From contig JBJMHS010000044.1 of assembly GCA_045807245.1 (NCBI GenBank), forward strand, positions 1 through 41,914: 41,914 nucleotides of DNA. Direction: 5' to 3'. Source of the DNA: Actinomycetales bacterium (lineage in GTDB: Bacteria; Actinomycetota; Actinomycetes; Actinomycetales; CAVURS01). Below, piece after piece: positions 1-9,229 of this stretch (positions within the stretch are counted from its first letter, which is position 1; the number at the start of each line of letters is the position of its first letter). The position numbers were made by a program, and so were the translations under genes. The notes under the pieces are model-generated. The model was not told the DNA's origin, did no database searches, and saw nothing but the letters and a program-made list of their open reading frames with translations.

Positions 1-429
1 GACATCGTCGGGGGCGCCACCCACGACGGCGCTCATGCCGGTCGGCGTGACCGCGCTCGCGGCCGCCATGGCCCGGCCCCGCTCGCGGATAAAGACCATC
101 GCCTGCTCGGCGGTGATGACGCCGGCCGCGGCCGCGGCGGTGATCTCGCCGACCGAGTGCCCCGCGCCGGCACCGACCTGGCGGAAGCCCTCGGCCGGGT
201 GCTCGAACAGCGCCAGCAGGCTGACCAGACCGGACGCGACGATCAGCGGCTGCGTGATGGCCGTGTCGCGGATCGTCTCGGCGTCGGAGACGGTGCCGTG
301 GGTGATCAGGTCGATGTCCGCGACGGCGGACAGCCAGCCGAGGCGGTCCCGGAAGCCGGGCAGCTCGAGCCAGGGGTTGAGGAAGCCGGGGGTCTGGGAG
401 CCCTGGCCGGGACAGACGATGACGAGCAC
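1..429 (-). CDS. fabD: Malonyl-CoA:ACP transacylase (5' part; runs off window start)
   Basis: Read manually (not in ORF track): GTG at 429 gives MLVIVCPGQGSQTPGFLNPWLEL, catalytic GHSVGE and GMSAVVGG; lies downstream of the FasR-type regulator as in other actinomycetes. Confidence 0.95.
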   Translation of the reverse strand, partial: MLVIVCPGQGSQTPGFLNPWLELPGFRDRLGWLSAVADIDLITHGTVSDAETIRDTAITQPLIVASGLVSLLALFEHPAEGFRQVGAGAGHSVGEITAAAAAGVITAEQAMVFIRERGRAMAAASAVTPTGMSAVVGGAPDDV

Positions 430-496
430 GGGTGCCAGCCTTCCGTTCGCCGGGTCATGAGGCGGTGGGGGACGCGGACGAAGTCTCGTGGGTCGA

Positions 497-516
497 TCTA
501 GAGGTTTCCTACAAAA
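497..516 (-). promoter_or_regulatory. Putative FasR/MabR operator upstream of fabD
   Basis: Minus strand TTTTGT-AGGAAACCT-CTAGA: one full TTTTGT half-site, 9-nt self-complementary spacer, degenerate second half; AT-rich patch in the regulator-fabD gap. Confidence 0.55.
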
Positions 517-518
517 CC

Positions 519-1811
519 CTACAGGGCGACAGCGTGACCATTGCCAGCCGGACGAGCCGGGCGAGCGGGGGAAGCTGGTCGAGCCGGCCGAGGCGGGCGA
601 GCCGGCGCGTGGGCCAGCCGACCGACCGCCAACGCGGTGCGCAGCACGAACCCCTCGCGCGGCTCCGCGGGGTCGTAGCCGGTGATCTCGGCGATCCGGC
701 GCAGCCGGTAGCGCACGGTGTTGGCATGCACGAACAGGGTCCGGGCGGTCGCCTCCAGGGAGCCCCCGGACTCGATGTACGCGGTGAGGGTGTCGAGCAA
801 TGGACCGCCGGCCTCGACCAGGGGCCGGTGGATCCGGTCCACCAGAGCGCTGCGCGCGGGGCCGTCTCCGGCCAGGACCCGTTCGGGCAGCAGGTCGTCG
901 GCGAGCACCGGGCGCGGTGCGTCCGGCCAGGCTCGTACGGCGGCCAGCCCGGACAGCGCGGCGCGCGCGGACCGGCCCGCGGCGTACAGGTGCGGAACGG
1001 TCGGCCCGACGACGACCGGCCCGTCGGCGAACCGATCGGCGAGCCCCGTCGCGTCGGCCATCGGGTCCCTGACGCCGCCCAGGATCGCGACCAGCCGGTC
1101 GCCCTGGACGGCGGCGAGCAGCTCGATCCCGCGGTGGCGCGCGCCGCGGCGCAGGCCGTCGACCGCCTCCTGGACCGGCACCGGAGGTGTGAGGCCCGCG
1201 ACCACGGCGACCTGGTCGACGGCCCCCCAGCCCAGGGCGGTGGCCCTCGAGTGCAGTGACTCGTCGGCCTCTCCACGCAGTACGGCGTCCAGCACCAACG
1301 TCTCCAGCCGGGCGTCCCAGGCGCCCCGGGACTCCGCGGCCTCGGCGTACACGTGGGCCGCCGCGAAGGCAACCTCACGCGAGTACCGCAGCACGGCCTC
1401 GCGCAGCACGTCCTCGTCGCCGGGGGCGGCCAGCTCGCTCACCTGCTCCTCGACCACCCCCACCACCGTGCGCACCATCTCCAGTGTCGCGCCCAGGCTG
1501 ACCGAGCGGGCCAGCTCGCGCGGCGCCGTACCGAACACGTCCGGCGGCACCTGCATGGGCGCGTCGGGGTCGCGGAACCAGGCGACGAACGCGCCGATGC
1601 CCGCCTGGGCGACCAGACCCACCCAGGAACGGTCCTCGGCGCTCATCGCGCGGAACCAGGGCAGGCGCTCCTCCATCCGCGCGACCGCGGCCGTGGACAG
1701 GCTCCCCACACCCTGCTCGACCCGGCGGCGGGTCGCGGCGCCTGGACGGCGGCGCTGGGCCAGGTCCGCCGCGAGCGGGACGGCCCGGGAGATCGGCTCG
1801 GGGCTGGTCAC
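519..1811 (-). CDS. fasR: PucR/CdaR-family fatty acid biosynthesis regulator (Streptomyces FasR / mycobacterial MabR type)
   Basis: Motifs WVGLVAQAGI, FGTAPRELARSVSL, YSREVAFAAAHVYAEAAESRGAWDARLE and C-terminal HTH LEATARTLFVHANTVRYRL; upstream of fabD. Start moved to GTG 1811, 6 nt after a TACGCT -10 box. Confidence 0.9.
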   Translation of the reverse strand: MTSPEPISRAVPLAADLAQRRRPGAATRRRVEQGVGSLSTAAVARMEERLPWFRAMSAEDRSWVGLVAQAGIGAFVAWFRDPDAPMQVPPDVFGTAPRELARSVSLGATLEMVRTVVGVVEEQVSELAAPGDEDVLREAVLRYSREVAFAAAHVYAEAAESRGAWDARLETLVLDAVLRGEADESLHSRATALGWGAVDQVAVVAGLTPPVPVQEAVDGLRRGARHRGIELLAAVQGDRLVAILGGVRDPMADATGLADRFADGPVVVGPTVPHLYAAGRSARAALSGLAAVRAWPDAPRPVLADDLLPERVLAGDGPARSALVDRIHRPLVEAGGPLLDTLTAYIESGGSLEATARTLFVHANTVRYRLRRIAEITGYDPAEPREGFVLRTALAVGRLAHAPARPPRPARPASPARPARPAGNGHAVAL

Positions 1812-1817
1812 GGCGCC

Positions 1818-1842
1818 AGCGTAGTTGTCGGGTGCGTACAAC
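1818..1842 (-). promoter_or_regulatory. Leaderless promoter -10 of the regulator with adjacent GTTGT-N9-ACAAC palindrome
   Basis: TACGCT (1823-1818, minus strand) 6 nt before GTG; palindrome GTTGT cgggtgcgt ACAAC at 1824-1842. Confidence 0.55.
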
Positions 1843-2032
1843 GGCAGGAGGCCGTCGTGTCCTGGCCGTGACCTCGCCGTGAGCTGGCGCCGGCGTGACC
1901 AGCCCGTGAACATCGGGACCAGCCGGCGCCCGGGATGAGGCGGGGTTTGTCACGCCGGGTTACGGTGGAGGCAGGACATCGCAGCCCTCGAAGTCGCCGA
2001 GGGAGCCCCTGCTGCGTGCCGAGAAGGGCCAC

Positions 2033-2716
2033 ATGTCGTTCCTTGATCGTCTCCGCCGACGGGTGAAGACCGTCACCCGACCGCGGTTGGCTCCGACCGA
2101 GCTGCGGTCAGGTCCGCGTGTCCGTCAGGTCGAGACCGGCACCGAAGGTGCCCTGCGCGAGCGGCTTGCCGCCGACCCCAATGATGCGGTCTCGTTTGCC
2201 GAGCTGGCCGAGATCGTCCGTCGTCACGCTGCCCAGGGACACGGCCCCGGAGCGCCGACGAACGACACCCCCGAGGCACGCGCCCGCGCGGCCGACGACG
2301 CCGTGTGGGCGCTCGCCGAGGAGCTGGCGCGCAACCCCCGGGCCTGGCTGCCGTTGGTGGAGCTGGCTCGCCTGTCCGTCGCCGAGGACTTCGACGGCGC
2401 GGTACGGCGGCTGGGCATCGCTAGTGACCGGGACCCGACGGGCCAGGCCCTGCTGGAGGGGCTGCTGGTGTTGCGCGAGGCCGGGCTCAACGACGCGGCG
2501 CTCTCGCTCGGCACCGGGCACTGGCGACCGGCCGAGCATCAGCCGGCGGTCGGCCGGGAGATGGTGCTGGCTGCGCTGGCCGCGGGCCGGCTCGGTGAGG
2601 CCAAGCGCCACCGGGCGGCGCTGCTGGAGCACCCCGACCTGGCGCAGACCGCCTCGCTGGCGGCCGATCTGGAGCGTCAGATCAGCAAGGCGAAGCCGAG
2701 CAAGACGCCCAGCTGA
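2033..2716 (+). CDS. Hypothetical all-helical (TPR-like) protein
   Basis: 227 aa ORF with GC-rich third positions and GAAGG SD-like element; Ala/Leu-rich helical pattern; fills the gap between regulator and aceE. Confidence 0.7.
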   Translation: MSFLDRLRRRVKTVTRPRLAPTELRSGPRVRQVETGTEGALRERLAADPNDAVSFAELAEIVRRHAAQGHGPGAPTNDTPEARARAADDAVWALAEELARNPRAWLPLVELARLSVAEDFDGAVRRLGIASDRDPTGQALLEGLLVLREAGLNDAALSLGTGHWRPAEHQPAVGREMVLAALAAGRLGEAKRHRAALLEHPDLAQTASLAADLERQISKAKPSKTPS

Positions 2717-2776
2717 CCCGCCTCTCGCAGTTGACGTAGCCGACGCCCGGTCGGCCGAGTCGTCGCCGGCCCAGGC

Positions 2777-5512
2777 TCAGGCGTCGCCGCCGGCGTTGCC
2801 GCTGGTGCCGGCCGTGACGTCCAGCAGCCGGTACTGCTCGGCCGCACGCCGCGGCGCGGACGGGTCGACCTCGCCCCTGCGGGCCAGCTGCTGCAGCGCG
2901 CGGACCGCGATCGAGGGCCCGTCGATGTGGAAGTGCCGCCGGGTCGCCGGCCGCGTGTCCGACAGGCCGAAGCCGTCGGCGCCGAGCGTCGCGTAGTCGC
3001 CCGGCACCCACTGCCTGATCTGGTCCGGCACCTGGCGCATGTAGTCGCTCACGCCGACCGCCGGGCCGGGCGCGTCCGTCAGCCGATGCGTCACGTACGG
3101 CGTGCGCTGCTCCCCCTGCGGGTGCAGGAAGGCCTGCTCGTCGCACGCCAGGCCGTCCCGCCGCAGCTCGTTCCACGAGGTCACACTCCAGACGTCGGCC
3201 GCGACCCCGAAGTCTCCGGCCAGCAGCTCCTGTGCCTCCAGCGCCCAGGGCACGGCCACACCTGACGCCAGCACCTGCACATGGGGCCCGTCCATCGACT
3301 GGCGGCTCAGCAGGTGCATGCCGCGCACGATGCCCTCGACGTCGACGTCGTCCGGCTGCGGAGGCTGGATGATCGGCTCGTTGTAGACGGTCAGGTAGTA
3401 GATGACGTTCTCGGGCGACTCCCCGTACATGCGGCGCAGCGCGTCCTTGACGATGTGTCCGATCTCGTACGCGTACGCCGGGTCGTACGCCACGACGGCG
3501 GGGTTGGTCGCGGCGTACACCGGTGACTGCCCGTCGTTGTGCTGCAGACCCTCGCCGGTCAGAGTCGTCCGTCCGGCAGTCGCCCCGATCAGGAACCCAC
3601 GCGCCATCTGGTCCGCGGCCGCCCAGATGCTGTCGGCGGTCCGCTGGAACCCGAACATCGAGTAGAAGGTGTAGATCGGGACCATCGGCTCGCCGTGGGT
3701 CGCGTACGACGACCCCGCCGCCGTGAACGCGGCCACCGAGCCGCCCTCGTTGATGCCGACGTGCAGGATCTGCCCGTTCGTCGCTTCCTTGTAGGCGAGC
3801 ATCAGGTCGGCGTCGACGGACAGGTACCTCTGCCCGTGCGGGTTGTAGATCTTCGCCGTCGGGAAGAACGAGTCCATGCCGAAGGTGCGGGCCTCGTCCG
3901 GGATGATCGGCACGATCCGCGGCCCGAAGTCCTTGTCCCGCATGAGATCGCGCAAGAGTCGGACGAAGGCCATCGTCGTCGCGACCTGCTGCTTGCCGGA
4001 CCCGCGCGTGGTCACCTCGTACGCCGAGTCCTCGGGCAGCTTGAGTGACGTACCGGCCACGCGCCGCGCGGGCAGCCCACCACCGAGACGGCTGCGCCGG
4101 TCGCGCAGGTAGCGCAGCGTCTCGTCGTCCTCGGCCGGCTTGTAGTACGGCGGCTGGTACGGGTCGCGCTCGAGGTCCTCGTCGCTGATCGGGATCTTGA
4201 GGCTGTCCCGCAAGAGCTTCAGGTCCTCGGGCGTCAGCTTCTTCATCTGGTGCGTCGCGTTGCGACCGGCGAAGTGCGGGCCGAGGCCGTAGCCCTTGAT
4301 GGTCTTGGCCAGGATCACCGTCGGCTGCCCGGTGTGCTCCACCGCCGACTTGTACGCCGCGTAGACCTTGCGGTAGTCGTGCCCGCCCCGCTTGAGCCGC
4401 CACACGTCGTGGTCCGACATGTTCGCGACCATCTTGGCGGTGCGCGGGTCGCGGCCGAAGAAGTGCTCCTTGATGTACGCCCCGTCGTTGGCGCGGAAGG
4501 TCTGGTAGTCGCCGTCGGGTGTGGAGTTCATCAGGTTGACCAGAGCGCCGTCGCGGTCCGCGGCCAGCAACGGGTCCCACTCGCGGCCCCAGACCACCTT
4601 GATCACGTTCCAGCCGGCTCCGCGGAAGAACGACTCGAGCTCCTGGATGATCTTGCCGTTGCCCCGCACCGGGCCGTCCAGGCGCTGCAGGTTGCAGTTG
4701 ATGACGAAGGTCAGGTTGTCGAGCTCCTCGAACGCCGCGACGTGCAACAGCCCGCGGCTCTCCGGCTCGTCCATCTCGCCGTCGCCGAGGAACGCCCACA
4801 CGTGCTGCTTGCTCGTGTCCTTGATGCCCCGCGCGTGCAGGTACTTGTTGAACTGCGCCTGGTAGATCGCGTTCATCGGGCCGAGGCCCATCGAGACCGT
4901 CGGGAACTCCCAGAAGTCCGGCATCAACCGGGGGTGCGGGTACGACGGCAGGCCGCCACCGGGGTGCGAGACCTCCTGGCGGAAGCCGTCCAGCTGGTCC
5001 TCGCTCAGCCGCCCCTCGAGATAGGCGCGCGCGTAGATCCCGGGCGAGGAGTGCCCCTGGATGTAGAGCTGGTCGCCGCCGCCCTCGGCGTCCTTGCCCT
5101 TGAAGAAGTGGTTGAAGCCGACCTCGTACAGCGTCGCCGACGACGCGTACGACGAGATGTGGCCGCCCACACCGATGCCCGGCCGCTGGGCCCGGTGGAC
5201 CATGATCGCGGCGTTCCACCGCAGCCAGGCCCGGTAGCGCCGCTCCACTTCCTCGTCACCGGGGAACCACGGCTCGTCCTCGGGCGGGATCGTGTTGATG
5301 TAGTCCGTCGCCGTGAGGCTGGGGACGCCGACCTGGCGCTCGCGAGCGCGCTGGTTGAGCTTGAGCATGAGGTACCGGGCCCGGGTGCGGCCGCGCTCGT
5401 CGACGACCGAGTCCATGGAGTCCAGCCACTCCTGGGTCTCCTCGGGGTCGATGTCGGGCAGCTGGCTCGGGATCCCGTTGAGGATCGGGCCGACCTCTTC
5501 GCGTTCAGCCAC
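2777..5512 (-). CDS. aceE: Pyruvate dehydrogenase E1 component, homodimeric type
   Basis: [31 protein letters not shown], ThDP-binding [10 protein letters not shown]...[18 protein letters not shown]; 911 aa. Confidence 0.98.
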   Translation of the reverse strand: MAEREEVGPILNGIPSQLPDIDPEETQEWLDSMDSVVDERGRTRARYLMLKLNQRARERQVGVPSLTATDYINTIPPEDEPWFPGDEEVERRYRAWLRWNAAIMVHRAQRPGIGVGGHISSYASSATLYEVGFNHFFKGKDAEGGGDQLYIQGHSSPGIYARAYLEGRLSEDQLDGFRQEVSHPGGGLPSYPHPRLMPDFWEFPTVSMGLGPMNAIYQAQFNKYLHARGIKDTSKQHVWAFLGDGEMDEPESRGLLHVAAFEELDNLTFVINCNLQRLDGPVRGNGKIIQELESFFRGAGWNVIKVVWGREWDPLLAADRDGALVNLMNSTPDGDYQTFRANDGAYIKEHFFGRDPRTAKMVANMSDHDVWRLKRGGHDYRKVYAAYKSAVEHTGQPTVILAKTIKGYGLGPHFAGRNATHQMKKLTPEDLKLLRDSLKIPISDEDLERDPYQPPYYKPAEDDETLRYLRDRRSRLGGGLPARRVAGTSLKLPEDSAYEVTTRGSGKQQVATTMAFVRLLRDLMRDKDFGPRIVPIIPDEARTFGMDSFFPTAKIYNPHGQRYLSVDADLMLAYKEATNGQILHVGINEGGSVAAFTAAGSSYATHGEPMVPIYTFYSMFGFQRTADSIWAAADQMARGFLIGATAGRTTLTGEGLQHNDGQSPVYAATNPAVVAYDPAYAYEIGHIVKDALRRMYGESPENVIYYLTVYNEPIIQPPQPDDVDVEGIVRGMHLLSRQSMDGPHVQVLASGVAVPWALEAQELLAGDFGVAADVWSVTSWNELRRDGLACDEQAFLHPQGEQRTPYVTHRLTDAPGPAVGVSDYMRQVPDQIRQWVPGDYATLGADGFGLSDTRPATRRHFHIDGPSIAVRALQQLARRGEVDPSAPRRAAEQYRLLDVTAGTSGNAGGDA

Positions 5513-5539
5513 GCGTCATCCCTTCCTGCACGCTCACGT

Positions 5540-6379
5540 TCATCCTGCCACCAGCCGATGCGCACCGGCGTACACGGTCATCCGCGGCGGACGGAGGAAG
5601 CCGACCAGGGTGAGACCGGCCTGCTCGGCCAGCTCGACGGCCAGATGCGACGGTGCCGAGACGGCGGCCATCACCGGGATGCCGGCCATGGTCGCCTTCT
5701 GCGTCAGCTCGAACGACGCGCGCCCGCTGACCATCAGGATCGCGCCGTCGAGCGGCAACCGGCCCTCACGAGCCGCCCACCCGACCAGCTTGTCCACGGC
5801 GTTGTGCCGGCCCACGTCCTCACGCAGCGCGAGCAGCTCGCCCCCGGGGGAGAACAGGCCGGCCGCATGCAGGCCACCGGTGCGGTCGAACACCTTCTGG
5901 TGCTGCCGCAGGACGTCGGGGAGCCGGCCCAGCACCTGCGGGTCGACGCTGGGCAGGGCGGTCTTCACGTCGTACGGCGAGCTGGTCCGGACCGCATCGA
6001 TGCTCGCCTTGCCGCAGACGCCGCACGAGGAGGTGGTGTAGAAGTTGCGCTCGGCCGAGGTGTCGGGGAGCGGCACCCCTTGGGCCAGTACGACGTCGAC
6101 CACGTTGAACGTCGGACGGCCGTCCTCGCCCTCGTCCTGGCAGTGCATCAGGGTGGCGACGTCCTGCGCCCCCGAGATCAGCCCTTCGGTGACGAGGAAG
6201 CCGAGGGTCAGGTCGAAGTCGTCACCCGGCGTACGCATCGTCACGGAGAGGGACTGGCCCTGGACCCGGATCTCCATCGGCTCCTCGACCGTCAGGGTGT
6301 CCGGCCGGCTGACCGAGCGGATGCCGTCCTCGGCCAGCTCGATGCGTACCGCCGGCACCCGCGCCGTGACCCGTCCCAT
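5540..6379 (-). CDS. fdhD: Formate dehydrogenase accessory sulfurtransferase FdhD
   Basis: VEEPMEIR, TMRTPG, GFLVTEG, SSCGVCGK, TGGLHAA, EDVGRHNAVDK, SGRASFEL, AVSAPS; ATG 6379 lies 6 nt after TACCCT. Confidence 0.95.
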   Translation of the reverse strand: MGRVTARVPAVRIELAEDGIRSVSRPDTLTVEEPMEIRVQGQSLSVTMRTPGDDFDLTLGFLVTEGLISGAQDVATLMHCQDEGEDGRPTFNVVDVVLAQGVPLPDTSAERNFYTTSSCGVCGKASIDAVRTSSPYDVKTALPSVDPQVLGRLPDVLRQHQKVFDRTGGLHAAGLFSPGGELLALREDVGRHNAVDKLVGWAAREGRLPLDGAILMVSGRASFELTQKATMAGIPVMAAVSAPSHLAVELAEQAGLTLVGFLRPPRMTVYAGAHRLVAG

Positions 6380-6481
6380 GACTACAGGGTATGCAGCGGC
6401 GCCAGCCCGGCACGGCGGACCGCGCGTCTCTGCCAGCGGTCTTCGCTTGCCTCCGGGACCAGCCTCTAGTGGACTAGGAGT

Positions 6482-6934
6482 GTGGAGAAGGGCAGTGGGG
6501 CGGCTCGGACCGACGTGGCCGGCCGCGGTGGTGGGGGCTTGGCGGCGCGCCTGGGCCTGAAGCCCGGGCTGCTGGTCCAGGAGTTCGGGTACGACTCGGA
6601 CGTCGACGAGGACCTGCGGATCGCCATCGAGGACGCGGTCGACGGGGAGCTCGCTGACGAGGATGGCATCGACGACGTCGCGGACGTCGGGCTGCTCTGG
6701 TGGCGCGACGACGACGGCGACCTGGTGGACTCGTTGGTGGACGTCCTGACCAACCTGGCCGACAACGGTGCCGTGCTGCTGCTGACCCCCAAGTCGGGCC
6801 GGGACGGTCACGTCCAGCCCAGCGAGATCGAGGAGGCGGCCCTGACCGCGGGCTTGCACGCCACGACCAGCGTGTCGGCCGGCGCCGACTGGATCGCCGC
6901 CCGGTTGGTGGCGCCGCGCGGCGGTCGCCGGTGA
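6482..6934 (+). CDS. DUF3052 family protein (Rv2239c-like)
   Basis: VQEFGYDSDVDEDLR, LLWWRDDDGDLVD, LLTPKSGR; conserved position before ahpE. Start uncertain. Confidence 0.88.
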   Translation: MEKGSGAARTDVAGRGGGGLAARLGLKPGLLVQEFGYDSDVDEDLRIAIEDAVDGELADEDGIDDVADVGLLWWRDDDGDLVDSLVDVLTNLADNGAVLLLTPKSGRDGHVQPSEIEEAALTAGLHATTSVSAGADWIAARLVAPRGGRR

Positions 6935-7425
6935 CCCAACCGGCTGCACCGGCCGGCCAGACCGGCCGGCCCCGGGTGGGCGATGAGGCGCCGGACTTCG
7001 AGCTGCGCAGCCAGCACGGCGAGCGCACCCGGTTGTCGTCCTTCCGCGGGCACAAGCGCGTGGTCGTGCTGTTCTACCCGTACGCGTTCTCGACCACGTG
7101 CACCGGTGAGCTGTGCGAGATCCGCGACGACCTCGCGTCGTTCCAGAACGAGCACGTCCAGGTGCTGGCCATCTCGTGCGACTCGGTGCACACCCTGCGT
7201 GCGTTCGCCGAGCACGAGGGCTACGACTTCCCGCTCCTGTCCGACTTCTGGCCGCACGGCGTCGCGGCGAAGGCCTACGGCGTGTTCAACGACAAGCTGG
7301 GCGCGGCCGAGCGTGGGTCGTTCCTCGTGGACGAGGAGGGCCTCGTGCGGTGGAGTGTCGTCACCGGGCTGGGGCAGGCGCGGGACCTGGCCGGGTACCA
7401 CCAGGCGCTCGCCGCGGTCGGTTAG
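6931..7425 (+). CDS. ahpE: Peroxiredoxin, AhpE type
   Basis: GTG overlaps the DUF3052 stop (GTGA); VGDEAPDFEL, FYPYAFSTTCTGELC, LLSDFWPHG, RGSFLVD. Confidence 0.9.
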   Translation: MTQPAAPAGQTGRPRVGDEAPDFELRSQHGERTRLSSFRGHKRVVVLFYPYAFSTTCTGELCEIRDDLASFQNEHVQVLAISCDSVHTLRAFAEHEGYDFPLLSDFWPHGVAAKAYGVFNDKLGAAERGSFLVDEEGLVRWSVVTGLGQARDLAGYHQALAAVG

Positions 7426-7451
7426 CCAGCAAGACCTGGGACGATTGCTCG

Positions 7452-7524
7452 GGGCCTGTAGCTCAGCTGGTAGAGCACCGCGCTTACACCGCGGGTGTCG
7501 TCGGTTCGAACCCGGCCGGGCCCA
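7452..7524 (+). tRNA. tRNA-Val (anticodon TAC); CCA not encoded
   Basis: Acceptor stem GGGCCTG/CGGGCCC, D arm TAGCTCAGCTGGTAGAGC, anticodon arm CCGCG-CTTACAC-CGCGG, T loop GTTCGAA; discriminator A followed by CCG. Confidence 0.97.
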
Positions 7525-7683
7525 CCGAACCCAGCAGGCGACTCCCGATGAGCGACCCACAAGGGCAGTCCAGCCGATACTCTGGCCGGACCGAGGTCTC
7601 CTCACGCCGGCCGCCTGTGCCGTCGTCGCCCCGGCGAATGAGTGAGCTGATGGCCCTCTGAGGCCACGGATTGGTCCTCGCAG

Positions 7684-8163
7684 ATGCCGTCTTCTTCTTT
7701 TACCGACCCCACGGACGGCAATCCGCCTGAGGTCAGTGCCCGACTTCACCTGATGAGTACGCATCCGAGCGAAGGCCTGCGGCAGAGTGCGTTGGACGGC
7801 GCCTGGTGGCCGCGGTCCCGCGAGCTGGCCCGGGAGGTGCCGCTGCTGGCCGCCGAGTTCGCCGAGCTCGGCGTGCGGGTGACGCGCCTCGTCTACCACC
7901 CCGCGCTGTGGCTGATCGCTCCGTCGAAGGTTCACGTGAGCGGCCGGACCGTCCACTTGGGCTGGTCCCGCGGGATCGACCCGAACCTGGTCACCCTGCA
8001 GACCTTGGGGGACGACCGGATCGAGCTGCTGGTGATCCCGCCGGAGGCCACCGCGGACGTCGCTGCCCGGGCATCCGAAGCCGCGGCCGAACCGCGCAAC
8101 GACCAGTCACCCACGGACGTGCTGTCCAACGCGTCTGTCGTGCATATCGCCGAGCTGTCGTGA
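7684..8163 (+). CDS. DUF5994 family protein
   Basis: Signature LDGAWWPRSRELAREVP, then RLVYHPALW, VHLGW, LLVIPPE. Confidence 0.8.
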   Translation: MPSSSFTDPTDGNPPEVSARLHLMSTHPSEGLRQSALDGAWWPRSRELAREVPLLAAEFAELGVRVTRLVYHPALWLIAPSKVHVSGRTVHLGWSRGIDPNLVTLQTLGDDRIELLVIPPEATADVAARASEAAAEPRNDQSPTDVLSNASVVHIAELS

Positions 8164-8468
8164 GCCACGGCTTCTCGTTCCCGACCGAACAGTCGGGCCC
8201 GAGTGCGGACGAGCTCTCGTCCGAGCTTGCCGCGCTGCGCGAGGAGATACATCAGCTGCAGAACGCCGGCACGTGCCGGCACGAGATCGGGATCGCCGAG
8301 GGCATGCTGATGATCCGGCACGGCATCGACCAGGACCAGGCCTACGCCCTGCTCAGCCGGCGCTGTCGAGAGCAAGGTGTGCACGTGCGGGTCGTCGCCC
8401 GGGCCGTGGTCGCCGAGATGCGCGGCAGCACCGGGAAGCCTCGAGTCCCCAGCCCTGTGACGACGTGA
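8160..8468 (+). CDS. Stand-alone ANTAR-domain (RNA-binding) protein
   Basis: GTG overlaps the upstream stop; coiled coil ELAALREEIHQLQNA, then RHEIGIAEGMLMIRHGIDQDQAYALLSRRCREQGVHVRVVARAVV. Confidence 0.8.
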   Translation: MSHGFSFPTEQSGPSADELSSELAALREEIHQLQNAGTCRHEIGIAEGMLMIRHGIDQDQAYALLSRRCREQGVHVRVVARAVVAEMRGSTGKPRVPSPVTT

Positions 8469-9133
8469 TCGGCGACTCGCGCACCCTGCCGTCGGCGAGC
8501 CGGCCGAGGCTGGGACAGGTGGTCCGGCATCTGACGCTCAGCCTGCTGATGGCCAACGTCATCCCGGGCGTGCTGTTCTACGTGTGCCTGGTGACGGGCA
8601 ACATCTGGGCCGCCTTCGCCTCGGCGCTGCTGTGGTGCTACGGAGCGATGGCCTGGCGGATCACCACCGGGCGACCACGCTCGGCCCTGCTCTGGCTGAC
8701 CGCCGCGGGTCTCACGGCCAAGACGCTGATCTCGGTGTCGACCGGAAGCACTTTGATCTACTTCCTGCAGCCGGCCGTGAACGACCTGCTGATCGGGACG
8801 GCCTTCCTGGTCTCACTCGGCACCGCGCGACCGATCGTCGCCCGGTTGGCTGCCGACTTCTTCCCGATGAGCCAGGACATCGAGAGCCGGCCTCGGGTCC
8901 AGCAGCTGTTCTGGCGGCTCACCTTGCTCTGGGCCGTGCTCTGCCTGCTGAAGGCGGGGGTCACCTTGTGGCTGTTGCACGCGGAGTCGATCACGGCGTT
9001 CGTCGCGACGAAGGGCCTGCTCACGTTCACGGTGCTGGTGTTCGGCACCGCGACCACCGTCTTCGTCGCCCACCGCGTGGCCCGCGGCGAGGGTCTGATG
9101 CACACCCGGCCCGCGCCGGTCGTTGCCGGCTGA
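8465..9133 (+). CDS. Multi-pass membrane protein (VC0807-like / septation-protein-like)
   Basis: GTGA overlap with the ANTAR gene; about 6 hydrophobic segments; GSTLIYFLQP, SLGTARPIVARLAADF, LTLLWAVL. Confidence 0.7.
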   Translation: MIGDSRTLPSASRPRLGQVVRHLTLSLLMANVIPGVLFYVCLVTGNIWAAFASALLWCYGAMAWRITTGRPRSALLWLTAAGLTAKTLISVSTGSTLIYFLQPAVNDLLIGTAFLVSLGTARPIVARLAADFFPMSQDIESRPRVQQLFWRLTLLWAVLCLLKAGVTLWLLHAESITAFVATKGLLTFTVLVFGTATTVFVAHRVARGEGLMHTRPAPVVAG

Positions 9134-9229
9134 CAGGCACCGCAGGGACTGGCCGGCGTGCCGAGCGGCTGACCTGCGCGTGGAAATCCGTGTCGGCAGC
9201 GACTTCATGGAGTCAGTGATCTACGGTGC

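Noticed and set aside
2682..6469. Long alternative-frame ORFs (2682..5219, 4250..6469)
   Set aside because: Arg/Pro/Gly-rich or antisense frames of aceE and fdhD, typical of stop-poor high-GC DNA.
7527..7683. ANTAR dual-hairpin target RNA upstream of DUF5994
   Set aside because: Candidate hexaloops (AAGGGC, AATGAG) have at most 2-bp stems; not supportable without a covariance search.
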